This document shows, piece by piece, positions 1 through 12,744 of a stretch of DNA of 64,000 nucleotides. A program made the position numbers and the translations under genes. How positions within the stretch are numbered: the first letter of the stretch is position 1; each line of letters begins with the position of its first letter. Origin of the DNA: Vicugna vicugna (taxonomy: Eukaryota); the NCBI GenBank assembly GCA_013265495.1, contig MU061547.1:62001-126000 (forward strand), in the 5' to 3' direction. The notes beneath the pieces are model-generated. The model did no database searches. It was not told the origin of the DNA and worked only from the letters and a program-made list of their open reading frames with translations.

Positions 1-2457
1 CCAGAAGGCTACCGAGCCCTTCACTTTACTTTGCCTAGGACCTAACTCTTATGCATTGGAGTATCATTTTGTTATTTACCGTAGTGCATTGTTGTATTTA
101 GCACAGTGAGTAACTGATGGCACCTAAGAAGAATATTCATTTTTGTTTACTCATTCATTTATTCCATCAGAAACATTTATTAAATAGTTAAACACCAGGT
201 AAGTATCACAGAACGACTCTGTAAGGCACTGTCAAGTGTGATGAAATCTGATACAGATAAGAAGTGAGTTCCAAATTATATTTAGGTTGACCTTAATCTC
301 CAGAGTTTTCTCTTAACAGAATTCCCAAACACATTTTTGGTTTATATGTGTTTGTGTGTGTGTGTGTGTGTGTGTATACACATAAGGTCTGATTTGTATA
401 TTTGTTCCACTCTTATCCACATAGTATTTTCTCAAGGAACATTGTATTCTTTCTGGCAGTACTGTATTACTTTACTTTAGGGCCCTTCATTTCAGCCATG
501 GAGACAGTAGGATCACGAGGAATTATGACCATGTTTTCATTAAACTCTCATTTAATACACATTTAATAAACCCTTAATTCACTAAGCTCCATACCAGTGC
601 TAAGAAAGCCAACCATGTGTTTCTTCACTTAGGCTGCCTGCCTCTCCTTCTTCACTTGAAGTACTTCCTTGACTCTTGGCTGGTGCAGAAAATGATGTTC
701 CTTCTCTTTGCTGGATTAGCACAATTTCATTTGCAATAATGTGACACCAGATTGAGTTAAAGGAAATTTAAATACATAGGAGCTACAGTGATGCAAATGT
801 TCCCAGAAACAGTCTTGCCTGAAGGCTGTCCATTCAATGACCACGATTTTGCCATGTCTGCAGGTAAAAAAATCTCCAACCCCAGAATTGCAACATGCCC
901 AGAGTGTATCAGGCTGTTCTTTCTAAAATGGAAGTTTTGTCCTTGACCAGCTAACAAGTGACCAAAATCTCTGATTCCATATCGATAAAATGCCAGAAGA
1001 CCTGCTGAATAGTAATTTCCTAGGGCATTCAAACTTTTTCTAGTCCTATTTCTTCACCGATGCAAAAAAGACCAAGACCACAAAAGAAAGGGTCATTGTC
1101 ACTGGGAACCATGAGTCACCCAGGTCCCAAAGCATGTCTCTGTGTTCAGTATGTCTGGTAGACCTTTGGTTATACTGTGAGTTCATCAGTATATGGTTTT
1201 CCCATAAAGCTTTAAGATTTGACTCCCTAACTTCTTCAATATAAAGCCATATGGGAGGTTGGCTGGAATGGCATCTAAATTCTCCTCCCGGATTTATAAA
1301 GCTGGGGCATTAGGAGGAAAGATTTTCTTCAGGGTCAGCCCCATCTTGGGGGCAGGCTTTATGCGGTTCCCTGTTGTAGACACTGCTGTAGCTGGAATCA
1401 ACTCCTTGGAATCCTACAAGCTAAACATACTGTCTGAGCTCTGGGCCTTTGCACGCAGTGCACAGACTTCTTCAAGAGACACTCTTGCTTCCCCCTCTGG
1501 TCCTCCTTGTTTGCCAGCCTCCGTTCCTCCTTATGGTCTCCTACTTCCTGACTTCCTGAGACTGGGTGAGGGGACGCTCATCTCTGCGGCCATTGTGCCT
1601 TCCTGTGCTCACTCCTATCAGCAAGTTCCATACAATCATAAAGTTGAAGGTTCCCTGTGCACGTCTGTTTCCCCTACTATCTCTTGATCTCAGGGATTTG
1701 GTCACTGTCATGTATCTTCAGTTCTCAGAACAGAGCCCACCATGTAAGCAGCTGGTGTGGGTTGCACCAACACAGGAACAACCATGCAATGTACCATGTC
1801 CTCACTGTATTCCCCACTCCCCCAAGGTTCTCAACATCCAGGACACACTTTGAGGAACTAGTGTGGAAGGGACTCACTGAGGCAGGAAGCCTGTGCACCA
1901 CATCTGAACCTGCTGTCTGTTCTTTCTGAGGAACGGAAACTCCACGTGCTCTGTGTCCTCAAAATTCTTCCCACGACAGTCACCAGGAATTACACTAGTG
2001 CCTTTGACTCACAGGGTCATTGTGAGTAAATAAATTACCCAAATCACAAAAACTCCTCATATTTTCATGCAGTTTAAAAAATCAGTTCAGGGTGTTTGTG
2101 CTGAAATAAAATGATGCTTTTTCTATGAGAAACAACATCTCACTGAACATGACAACTACCTGCAGGCTGACAGCGTGGTGGAATCTGAACATTGTCCGCT
2201 GAACTACAGACAGCAACTCTGTAAGTCCTCATTTCTTCTCTCCTTCTAAAGTAGGAGGCACACAGCTCTGCACTCCCGAGGGAGGAAAGGTAATTTTCAG
2301 TCGCCTTGTAGTTTCTCCAGCCAACACTGGAAGGAGAGGTCCTAGATCTGAGCCTGTCCTGAAGCCCTTTTGTGTCTCCTGGAGAAATGTGCTTCAGGCT
2401 GCGTGTCTGGATGCTCTGGGAAGGGGGGAGGGGCATGGAACAGCGCTGCATCCCCAT
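1..2457 (-). pseudogene. Unnamed decayed multi-exon coding-like gene, copy A
   Basis: Putative exons 2457-2160 (ORF open, donor CAG|GTAGTT), 1413-776 (acceptor ttgtag, several stops), 710-614 and 41-1. Translation aligns with copy B at about 37010-40000. Confidence 0.5.
346..376. repeat. (TG)n microsatellite
   Basis: tgtgtttgtgtgtgtgtgtgtgtgtgtgt. Confidence 0.9.
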
Positions 2458-2916
2458 CAGGCTCCCCAGGACCCGGGACCAGCACACAGAATGTGCAACA
2501 GTCAACACAAGACTGCTGGTGTGGAGATAGAGCTACTTATAGAGCAGGAGGGGATTAGGAGTGAGGCTAATGTCAGTGAGTCTGAGTAAAGGAGAAGGCC
2601 CCCACTTTGACATTCAAGCATAAGCTGTCATCTGTTGTCATGGGTTATATGCACCCCAATAAAGGGCTCTAGGAGAAAGGCTTCTCACATACTTCAAAAC
2701 TAATACATAATCATTAAATTATTGCAGGAATAAAAATTGTATTTCAAGTAACATTTCAACAATTGTTTTGGAAACCAGGGTCACAATCACTCTTGCACAT
2801 GGTGTTGTAATACACTAAGTCGGCAGCTTGGCACTTCTAGAACTCTTTCCCAAATTTATCAGACTTAGTCTGCATCTTGCCTCATGGGTGCTGTGTTCTC
2901 ACCTGTTAGCCTGGTT

Positions 2917-3133
2917 TCAAGTAGGCCTCAGACAGTGTACTTCTCAAGGAAACACTCAGAGAATCAGGGCAGGAATGTGTTAGAAATGCAAAGAAAATAG
3001 AGGAGGCCTCTCTCCAAGAATACACTCAAGTAGGCCTCAGACAGTGTACTTCTCAAGGAAACACTCAGGGAATAGCGGCAGGAAATTGTTAGAAATGCAA
3101 AGAAAATAGAGGAGGCCTCTCTCCAAGAATACA
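2917..3133. repeat. Tandem duplication, 2 x about 109 bp
   Basis: tcaagtaggcctcagacagtgtacttctcaaggaaacactcag...ctctccaagaataca at 2917 and again at 3026. Confidence 0.95.
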
Positions 3134-4970
3134 GGGCAGAACTTAAGAAAGCTCAGAGCTGAGTTACAGGTAAGAGTGTCAGGAGGACTCCTGCGGCCTC
3201 CTCAGTCTCTGATAAAATTCTGCCACAGTGTGAACCTTGAACTTGAGAAGAAAGTAAGAGCACATCAGCCGTCTCTCTGCATCCCAGGGCAGCCCCTTTG
3301 TGTGAGGCAGAGCCCGACCCCAGGGAGGAGGCAGTGAGACGCTAAGGCAGAGGCAGCATCTTCCCTCTGGGCAGAAGCAGGGCCTCAGGCCCTAGTCCTG
3401 GACCAGGCTCGGTGGGCAGGGAGCACGGTCCTGTCCTCCTCCTGAGCTACCACATGCGTTAACATGAATGCCTCAGTATTTCTACCAAAGTGATGTATAT
3501 GGACAAATGCCTTGTTGGTAATTCTGAAAACCATACTTCCTGTGCTAAGCCACCAACTTTTAACATGATGATTCCACATTGGGGTAATTCACATGCTCAT
3601 TATTGACCAACAGGTTTAAATTGGAGGCAGCTTGGAAACACACACAGCACACTGTTTACTGGAAACATTTCAAAGTAAATTACCACATGGATAACATACT
3701 GGTTTGTCTTCCCGTTGGACCACCAGGATGAAACAATGGATGCCACAGCTATAGAAAATGAGTCTGGTTTCTGTGCAAACCAAGAGGGCCCGTGCACTCC
3801 CTCATTCCAATCTGCCTTTCCCACATGACCCACCTCAATGAAATAACTCTCCTGTGTGTCCAAAGGTGACCACTAACGTGTGATGGACTTTGTGTATTGT
3901 CATTACTTATTAAATGTCTGTCTAGCAAATGAATGACCAAGGATTGTGAGACTCAGCACCTAGCAGAAAATACTTTTTGAATACATACATTTCTTTTTCA
4001 AAAGAGAAATTACTTTCTTCTGATGTATGTTTTGTACTATGATAAAATAATTTTCATTTATTGAAAACAATTTACAATACTCAGTGAAGTATAAAAATAA
4101 AACATAATCTCTAATCCCATCAATTAGTAAGAAATAAGAGTAATCTTGGAGTATATACTACATGCTTCTAGGCTTTTCTATGCTAATTAATTTATACATT
4201 TTTCAAAATGAAATAATCTTATACCTACCATAAGTTGGATTCTTCTCAAGCAAACATACCCAAATTTATTACAAAGAATAACTTGAGTTCATTTGAGAAA
4301 GCGTTTGCAGATAGATTCAGCTGTTTCTTATTGTTGGTGAATGAAAAGTTTTATCAGCAAAGAATGTCCTGTCTATAACAATGAAGAGAAGAAGGAAGAC
4401 TGTTTCATTGTTGAGTTCACACAACTAAGGACATGCATGTAGGTAGACTGAAAGTGACCAGAAAGGCAGGATGAAATTCCAAACGTTTTCTATAAACAAG
4501 CAGGTAAGATCTGTTTGCACTGTTTTTAGCCCACATGTGACATGTCTTTTGGATTAGTGGTATCCTGTTTTCCCAAAAGGACTGGACAGCACAACTTATT
4601 GTGTCATCCTTAATGTTGTACCTTCTCATATAGAGTTCCCCCTATGCTCACTTGAAAATTGAGGTCACTATCATGTAGGTTATTGCCCTCATCTGACAAA
4701 AAAATAAAACTTCCATCCTCTCCCCAGGAAGGAATGGTTACAGCCAAGACTGAAGCTAGGTTAAACTGCCAAGGTGAAAAATTTTCTGGGTGGAACCCTG
4801 AAACTTGCAGACCTCTCTGAGTTGTAAAGTTGCCAGTGGTTTTCACAAGAAGATTCAATTTTTCTGGAACTGTTTTGGGGTTACCTGAAATAAACAACAC
4901 ATTTTACTATTCTGGAGAAGCAACAAGTGATTTCTCAGCATGAACCCTATTTCAAAGCAGCCCAGCCCTT

Positions 4971-5011
4971 CTTTCACTTTCAATCTCACGTACACTAACA
5001 GAAACTAAAGT
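4971..5011. promoter_or_regulatory. Candidate IRF-E/ISRE cluster
   Basis: CTTTCACTTTCA (TGAAAGTGAAAG on - strand) at 4971-4982 and GAAACTAAAGT at 5001-5011; motif match only. Confidence 0.35.
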
Positions 5012-5292
5012 TTCAGGTTTGCTTTGTCCTTAAATTGACAACAGAATTTTAGATTCATGCAAAAGATGGGGATGAACTCTAAACCTTGTATTTTGCAAAA
5101 TATTAATCGAAGTAAGTCAGGGACAGCAAGAAAAGGGACAGCAGGACTGGTGGGCCCTTGCCGGGTTTCTCTCAGATTAAAGTCAGTATAGTCATAAACT
5201 CAATGGTCACAATATTTTTCCAATAATAATCTACTGACTGATTATTTTAGAATCTAAACCTATGTGCCTGAAAGTGTGTGTAAAAATCCTTT

Positions 5293-8200
5293 GTTTTTAA
5301 TTCACATATGGTCAGTTACACTGTGTCAGTTTCTGGTGTATAGCACAATGTCCCAGTCATACACATATGCATGTATTAATTTTCATATCCTTCTTCATTA
5401 AAGATTATTACAAGGTATTGAATGTAGTTCCCTGTGCTATACAGAAGAAATTGACTCTTTAAAATCCGTTTTTATACATAGTAGTTAATAGTTGCAATTC
5501 TCTAATTCCCAAATTTTTCCCCTCCCACCCCGTGATAACCATAAGATTGTTTAGCTTGTTTGTGAGTTTATTTCTGTTTTGTAGATAAGTCCATTAGTGT
5601 CTTCTTTTTCTTTTTTTTAAGATTCCACATAGCATTGATATCATATGGTACTTTTCTTTCTCTTTCTGTCATATTTGACGTAGAATGACATTCTCTGGGT
5701 CCATCCATATTGTGGCAAATATTATTTTATTCATTTTTATGGCTGAGTAGTATTCCATTGTATAAATATACTACAACTGCTTTCTCCAGTCCTCTTTCGA
5801 TGGACATTTGGGTTGCTGTCGTGCCTTGGCTGTTGTATATAATGTTGCTATGAACATTGGGTGCCTGTATCTTTTCATGTGAGAGTACCCTCCCTATATG
5901 GCCAAAAGTGGGATTGCTGGCTCATATGGAAAGTTTATTATAATCCTTTGAGGAATCTCCATGTTGTTTTCCATAATGGCTGCACCAAACTACATTTCTA
6001 CCAACAATGTAGGAGGGTTCCCTTTTCTTCACACCCTCTCCAGCATTTATCCTTTGTGGACTTTTGAATGATGGCCATTCTAACTGGTGTGAGATGATAC
6101 CTCATTTAATTTTGACTTGCACTTCTTTGATAATTAGCAACATTGAGCTGTTTACATGTGCCTACTGGCCATTTATATGTCTTCATTGAATAATTGCTTG
6201 TTTAGGTCTTTTGTCTATTTTGGGTTTGGTTGTTTTTATGTTATTAAGTTGTATGAGCTATTTATATACTCTGGAAATGAAATGTTTGTCAGGTGCATCA
6301 TTTGCAAATATTTTCTCCAATCTATAGGTTTTCATTTTGTTTTGCTTATGGTTTCTTTTGCTGTGCAAAAGCCTAAAAGTTTAATTAGGTCCCCCTTGTT
6401 AATTTTTGCTTTTCTTTCTATTGCCTGTTTAGACTGCCCTAGGAGAACATCACTAAGATTTATGTTAGAGAATGCTTTGCCTGTGTTTTCTTCTAAGATG
6501 TTTACTGTGTCTAGCCTTATATTTGAATTTTTAAGCCATTTTGAGTTTACGTTTGTGTACGGTGTGAGGGAGTGTTCTAATTCCATTGATTTACATGCTG
6601 CTGTCCAGTTTTCCCAGCACCACTTGCCAAAGAGGCTGTCTTTTCTCCACTGTATACTCTTGCCTCCTTTGTTGAAGACCAATTGACTGTAGCTCTGTGA
6701 GTTTATTTCTGGGCTCTCTATTCTCTTTCATTGATCATGTGTCTGTTTTGGGGCCAATAGCATACTGTTTTGATTTCTGTAGCTCTGTGGTATTCTCCGA
6801 TGTCTAGGAGGATTATTCCTCCAGTTTCATTCTTTTTATTTGGTATTGCTTTGTTGATTCTGGGTCTTTTGTGATTTGATATGAATTTTAGAATTATCTG
6901 TTGTGGTTCCATGAGAAATGTCATGAGTAATTTGCTAGGGATCACACTAAATTTGTAGATTGCCTTGGGAAGTATGGCCATTTTAATAATATTGATTTAT
7001 TACCACAAAAGCATGGGATACTTGTCCATATCTTTAAGTCATCTTTAATTTCCTTAATCAGTGTTTTGTAGTTATCTGCATATAAGTCTTTCTCCTCCTT
7101 GGTCAAATTTATTCCTAAGTATTTTATTGTTGTGGATGTGATTTGAGAAGGGATGTTTCTTTACTGTCTTTTTTTTTTGATATTTCTTTGTTAGTGTAAA
7201 GAAATGCAACTAATTTCTGTATGTTAATCTTGTATCTGGCTACCTTGCTGAATTCTTATCAGCTCCAGTGGTTTTTTTGTTGAGCTTTTTTATACTATCA
7301 TATCATCTGCATAGAATGAGAATTTTACTTCTTCTCTTCTAATTTGGATCCCATTTAATTTTTTTTCCTGCCTGACTGCTGTCTCTAGGACTTCCAATTG
7401 TATGTTGAATAGAAGTGGTAATAGTGGGCATCCTGGTCTTATTCCAAACTTTAGTAGGAAGGCCTTCAACTTTTCACCATTGATTATTATGCTGAATGTG
7501 GGTTTGTCATAAATAGCTTTTATTATGTTGAGATATGTTCCTTCTATACCCATTTTGGTAAGAGTTTTTTTATCATAAATAGGTGTTGAATTTTATCAAA
7601 TCCTTTTTCTGTATCTATTAAGATGATCATGTAATTTTTGTCCTTTCTTTTGTTGATGTGGTGTATCATATTGAAAGTTCTGCATGTCTTGAACCATCCT
7701 TGTGACCCTGGATAAAATCCAAGTTGGTCATGTTATATGACCATTTTTATGTGTTGTTGGATTCTGTTCAAATATTTTGTTGCATCTATGTTCATCAAAG
7801 ATATGGGCCTGTAATTTTCTTTTTTGGTAATGTCTTTGTCTGGATGTGGCATCTGGGTGATGGTGCTTTCATAGAATGATTTTTGGGAGTGTTTCCTCCT
7901 CTTTAGTCTTTTGGAAGAGTTGGAGAAGAGTCAGTATAGTTCTTCCTTGTATGTTTGGTAAATTCCCCATCAGGTCCTGCAATTTTGTTTGCAGGGAGGC
8001 ATTTATTGCTAGTTCTATTTTACTTTAAGTGGTCAATCTGCTCAAGAGATCTATTCTTGATTCAGTTTTGGTGGAATTTATGTTTCTAGTAACTTATCTG
8101 TTTCTTCTAGTTTGTCCAATTTGTTTTTATACACTTGTTCACAGAATTCTCTTATGTTTTTTTAAATTTCTGTGATGTTGTTTGTAATTTTTCCTTTTTC

Positions 8201-10175
8201 CAGTCTTATGTTGTTCCTTTGTGTCTTCTCTATTTTCTTCTTGGTGAGCCTGGCCAGAGGTTTATTGATTTTGTTTACTCTTACAAAAAAAAAAAACAGC
8301 TCTTGGTTTGATTGATTTTTAATCTCTATTTTATTTATATCCTCTCTGATCTTTATTATTTCTTTCCTACTGCTCGATTTAGGTTTGTTTGTTTGTTTTT
8401 CTAATTCTTTCAGCTGGAAGTTTAGGTTGTTTATTTGAGATTGTTCTTGTTTTTTGAGGAAAGCCTGTATTGCTATGAACTTCCCTGTTAGGACTGCTTT
8501 TGCTGCATCCCACAGATTTTGTGTGGTTGTGTTTTCATTGTCAGTTGTCTCAAAGTTCTAAATTTACTTCTTTGATTTCATCACTGACAAATTGGTTTTT
8601 TAGTAGCACGTTGCTTAGTCTTTGTACAGTCATTTATTTTCTCATTCATTTTTTTGTCATTGATTTCTAGATTCATTGTGGTAAGGCAAGATGCTTGAAA
8701 TAATTTCTATCCTCTTAAATTTATTGAGGTTTCTTTTGTGCCTGAGTATGTGATCCATCCCAGAGAATATACCAGGCACACTTGAAAAGAATGTATATTC
8801 TGTTTTCGGCAGAATGTAATGTCCTGAAAATATTAACCAAGTCCAGCTGTTCAGTTGTGTCATTTAATATCTCTGTTGCATTACTGATGTTCTGTCAGAA
8901 AGATCTGTCCAATGATGTTACTGAAGTGTTAATGTCTCCTACTATTATTGTGTTTCCATTAATTTCTTCCTTTATGTCTGTGGGTATTTGTTTTATATAT
9001 TAAGGTGCTCCTATATTGGTTACATGTATGTTAACAAGTGTAATAGTCTCATGTTGTATTGCTCCTTTGATCATTGTTTTGTCCTTCTTTATCATTCTTT
9101 ATGGCCTTTGTTTGAAATTCTATTTAGTCTGATATGAGTTTTCCTATTCCCACTTTCTTGTCGTTTTCATTTCTATGGAATATCTGTTTCCAATTTCTCA
9201 CTTTCATTCTATGTGTGTCTTTTACCCTAAAGTGGGTCCCTTGTAGGCAGCACGTTGGAGGCTCTTGTTTTAGAATCCCCTCTGCCACTCCATGTCTTTT
9301 GATTGGATTATTTAGTCTATTGACATTTATGGTTATTTTTGATAAATGTGTGTTTATTGCCATTTTGAACTTTGTTTTCAACTCAATTTGATATTTCTTC
9401 TTCTTCCATTCTTTTCCTTTTTGTGATTTGATAATTTTCTTTTGTATTAGCTTGGATTCTTTTTGGCATTTGTGACTCTATTGTATGCTTTTGATTTGTG
9501 ATTACCCTGCTTTTTAAGTATGTTAACCCATTACTATTTTGGCTTTAGACTGATAGTCATATAGACTTTAACACATCCTAAAAAGAATGAAAAATAGAGA
9601 AAAAAACTACATTTTCTCACTCCTTTTATGATTTTGATGTCCTCTTTTCCAACTTCATGTTTATTTCATTACAACTCATTGTGGTTATTGCTTTTCCATT
9701 TTTTTCTCATTTCTGTAGCTTCCTGCTTCTTTTCTATTTAGAGTAGGCTTTTCAGTATTTCTTTTAGGATAGGTTTAGTATTTCTGAATTCTTTTAGGTT
9801 TTACTTGTCTATGAAATTCTTTCTCTCTCCTTCTAATCTAAAGGATAGTCTTGCTAGATAAAGTATCAGAGGTTACAGTCTTTCTCATTCAGGACTTTGA
9901 ATATATCTTGCCACTCCCTTCTTGCCAGTAATGCTTGTGTATAGAAATCAGCTGAAAGCCTTATTGGAGTTCCGCTGTAACTAAATTTTGTTTTTCTCTT
10001 GCAAACTTTAGAATCATTTCTTTATATTTAACTTTGGCTTTTGTAATTATAATATGTTTTTCTGTAGGGCTGTTTGGGTGCTTGTTTGAAACCCTCTGTG
10101 CTTCCTGTTCTTGGATATCTGAGTCCCTTTTTAGGTTTAGGAAGTATTCAGTCATGATTTCTTCAAATACATTCT
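5293..10175 (-). mobile_element. LINE-1, about 4.9 kb, decayed ORF2 plus part of ORF1
   Basis: ORF2 peptides ([63 protein letters not shown]), ORF1 remnant near 9961-10155, and an L1 3'UTR near 5300-5800. Confidence 0.95.
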
Positions 10176-10943
10176 CATAATTTCAGTAGATACAGAACTC
10201 TAATTTGATTCTGTTGTTTTTCCTTTCAACAGTTTCAATATTTCACTCCATTCCCTTCTTGTTTGAATACTTTAGAAAAATTCTGATGTAATTCTTAGCC
10301 TTGTGCCTCTGTGGGTAAGGTATTTTCCCTCTTGCTTCTTTCAAGTTTTTCTCTTTGTCTTTGATTTTCTACAATTTGAATATGATGTCCTTTTTAATTT
10401 GAGAAGTTTCTACTGACACATCTTCAAGCTCACTGAGTCCTTCCCAACCTGGTTTAGTCAACTGATAAACCCATCAAAGCCATTCTTCATTCTATCAACA
10501 TGTTTTTGGTTTCTAGTATTTCTTTTTAATTATGAGAGTTTCCATCTCTCTCCTTATAGTACTCATTTGTTCTTTTCCTTTTTCCATTAGAGTTCTTAGC
10601 ATATTAATCATACATATTTTAAATTCTCTGTCTGACATTGCCAAAATTTCAGCATGTCTGAGTCTCATTCTGATTTTTCTCACTTGATTTTTCTCTTCAG
10701 ACTACTTTTTTTTTTTTTTTGCCTTTTAGCATCCCTTGTAATTTTTTGTTGCAAGCTGGCATGATTTCATAGGCTAAAGAACTGAAGTAAATATGTGCTT
10801 AATGAGAACTTTTATGTCATCTATCTAGAAGTTAGGTTGTGTTTACTACTTATTGTTGTCACTGTGGTGTCAGGAACTAAAATTCCCTTACTATTCTTGT
10901 ATTTGTCTCCCCGTTGTTCTTTTGATTTCCTAGAGAACTTTTC

Positions 10944-11302
10944 TGCTATGATCTGAATAGGTGTGTTTCCCCAAAATTCACATGCTGAAAATCTAATGCC
11001 CAATGTGCTCAGTTTGGAGGTAGGGCCTGTGGGAAGTGATTAGTTCATGAGTACAGAACAGTCATTGATGAGTTTAATGCCCTTATAACTGAGGCCCAAG
11101 AGAGCTCCCTTGCCCCCTTGTCTACATGAGGATAAAACAAGAACTCGGTAGTCAGCAACCCAGAAGACAGCTTTCACCAGAAACCCACCTTGCTGAAACC
11201 CTGGTCTCAGACTTCCAGCCGCCACACCTGTGAGAAATAAATTTCTATTGTTTATGTACTGCCTATGGGATTTTTTTATAATAGCCAAAATGGACTAAGA
11301 CA
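10944..11302 (+). mobile_element. MaLR LTR (MLT1/MST-like) nested in older L1 remnants
   Basis: tgctatg...ccccaaaattcacatgctgaaa...ggtagggcctgtgggaagtgattag...ggactaagaca. Confidence 0.8.
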
Positions 11303-12744
11303 TCCTAAATAGGGTCTGAGACTTGCAGTTCTTTTAGCTGTGACCCCATGTTAACTTACAGGAGTCCTGTTGATGTAGTGGTGAGGTATGGGAGGGGAAG
11401 TATCCTATAGCCCTTTTGTTAAGTCTTAGTCTTTCAGTGAACCTGAGATGAGTATTTCCTTAATGCAACATTGAAGCTTGATGGGGATGGGGGAGAATAG
11501 AGTTGGATAGTTCTCTTCCCCCAGGTTGCTTTGGCTTTGATACAACCCAAGGCTGTTTGGCTCTGGCAAAATAGTTTCCGTTGAAGGAAGGCTTGTTAAG
11601 GAGAACAAAAAGCTCTGGGCATATTTCAAACTTGTTACATTTCTCCTCCCTTGCTGGAAACATTCACAGATTTTTCTCCAGTTTTCACAACGAGAACCCA
11701 ATGTTTTTTTTCCTAGAAGTAAAACTCAAGAAAGTACGGGTCACCCCCTTAGACCACCATCCCCCATGTTTTTAACTCACAGTTTAGTCCACACTAAGCC
11801 TCCCTCAACTCAGAACTTCCAGTGAAAGTGTTCCCACCCCTGCTGGGGCCGGCTGTTGGTGAGCTATGATGCTCTTTCTGCCTACCTGTCTCTCCAGACT
11901 GGGGGTCAGCAGTTAACCTATGACCTCTATGCTCCCATGTATCTAGAAAGATTTGTTGATTTCAGTTTGTTCAGCTATTTTCTTGTGAGAATCATGACTT
12001 CCAAGTTTCTAAATGTCAAACCAAAAATTGTTTGCCTTTACATTCATAAGTGATAGAAGCTTTTTTTCATGTATACTATTTTAGTGATATTTTGGAATTA
12101 AATATTCCCAAGGCTCTAATAATGAATTGGCTGATGCACCTTACTTTTTGTGCTCTATGGAAGTTTGGCCAACACTGAAATTATTATTATTGAATACAAA
12201 AATCACAGTTGAAATGGCCAAGTGATGAGCTAACTTACAAGAATCTTCACTGACTAAGTGTCTTTAATATGATTATGACTTTCTGTTTTGTATTTTGCCC
12301 TTGAATCAGTTGTGGTCATTTGTATTTTAAGGAATTTATTTATCCAACTTTTAAGTTATTTACAGAAAATTGTTCATTATTAACTTAGTGTTTAATATTT
12401 GTAGGATTTTAATGGAAAATAGACCCTTTTTTCATGTCTGATAATGTCTCATTTCTCATGTATTGTCTGTGCCTTCTGTTCTATTTATATTTGCTGAGAA
12501 TTTTACCAATTCAAGTGCTTTTATTCCTTTGTGTAGACCTAAATTTATCCCCGCTGTCATTTCTCTTTTTGCTTGAGGAACTTTCTTTAGTAGTTCTTAA
12601 AGTGAAAGCCTGATAGCAATGAATTCTGTCAGGTTTGTTTTTTATTTTTTTGACTTTTAAAAATGCATTTAATATTCTTCTAAGTGGTTAGCTCTTAGAG
12701 TTTTACAGTACCTGACCCCCTCACAGCCACTGCTTCCATGTTTT

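Noticed and set aside
1259..1687. 142-aa + strand ORF
   Set aside because: No recognisable family. The frame-consistent similarity to the paralogous block is on the - strand.
2917..3133. CRISPR-like or other prokaryotic repeat array
   Set aside because: Only two long units with no spacers, in a mammalian context. No prokaryotic features were seen anywhere in the window.
5861..9391. Several + strand ORFs, for example 6156-6686
   Set aside because: Antisense frames of L1 ORF2.
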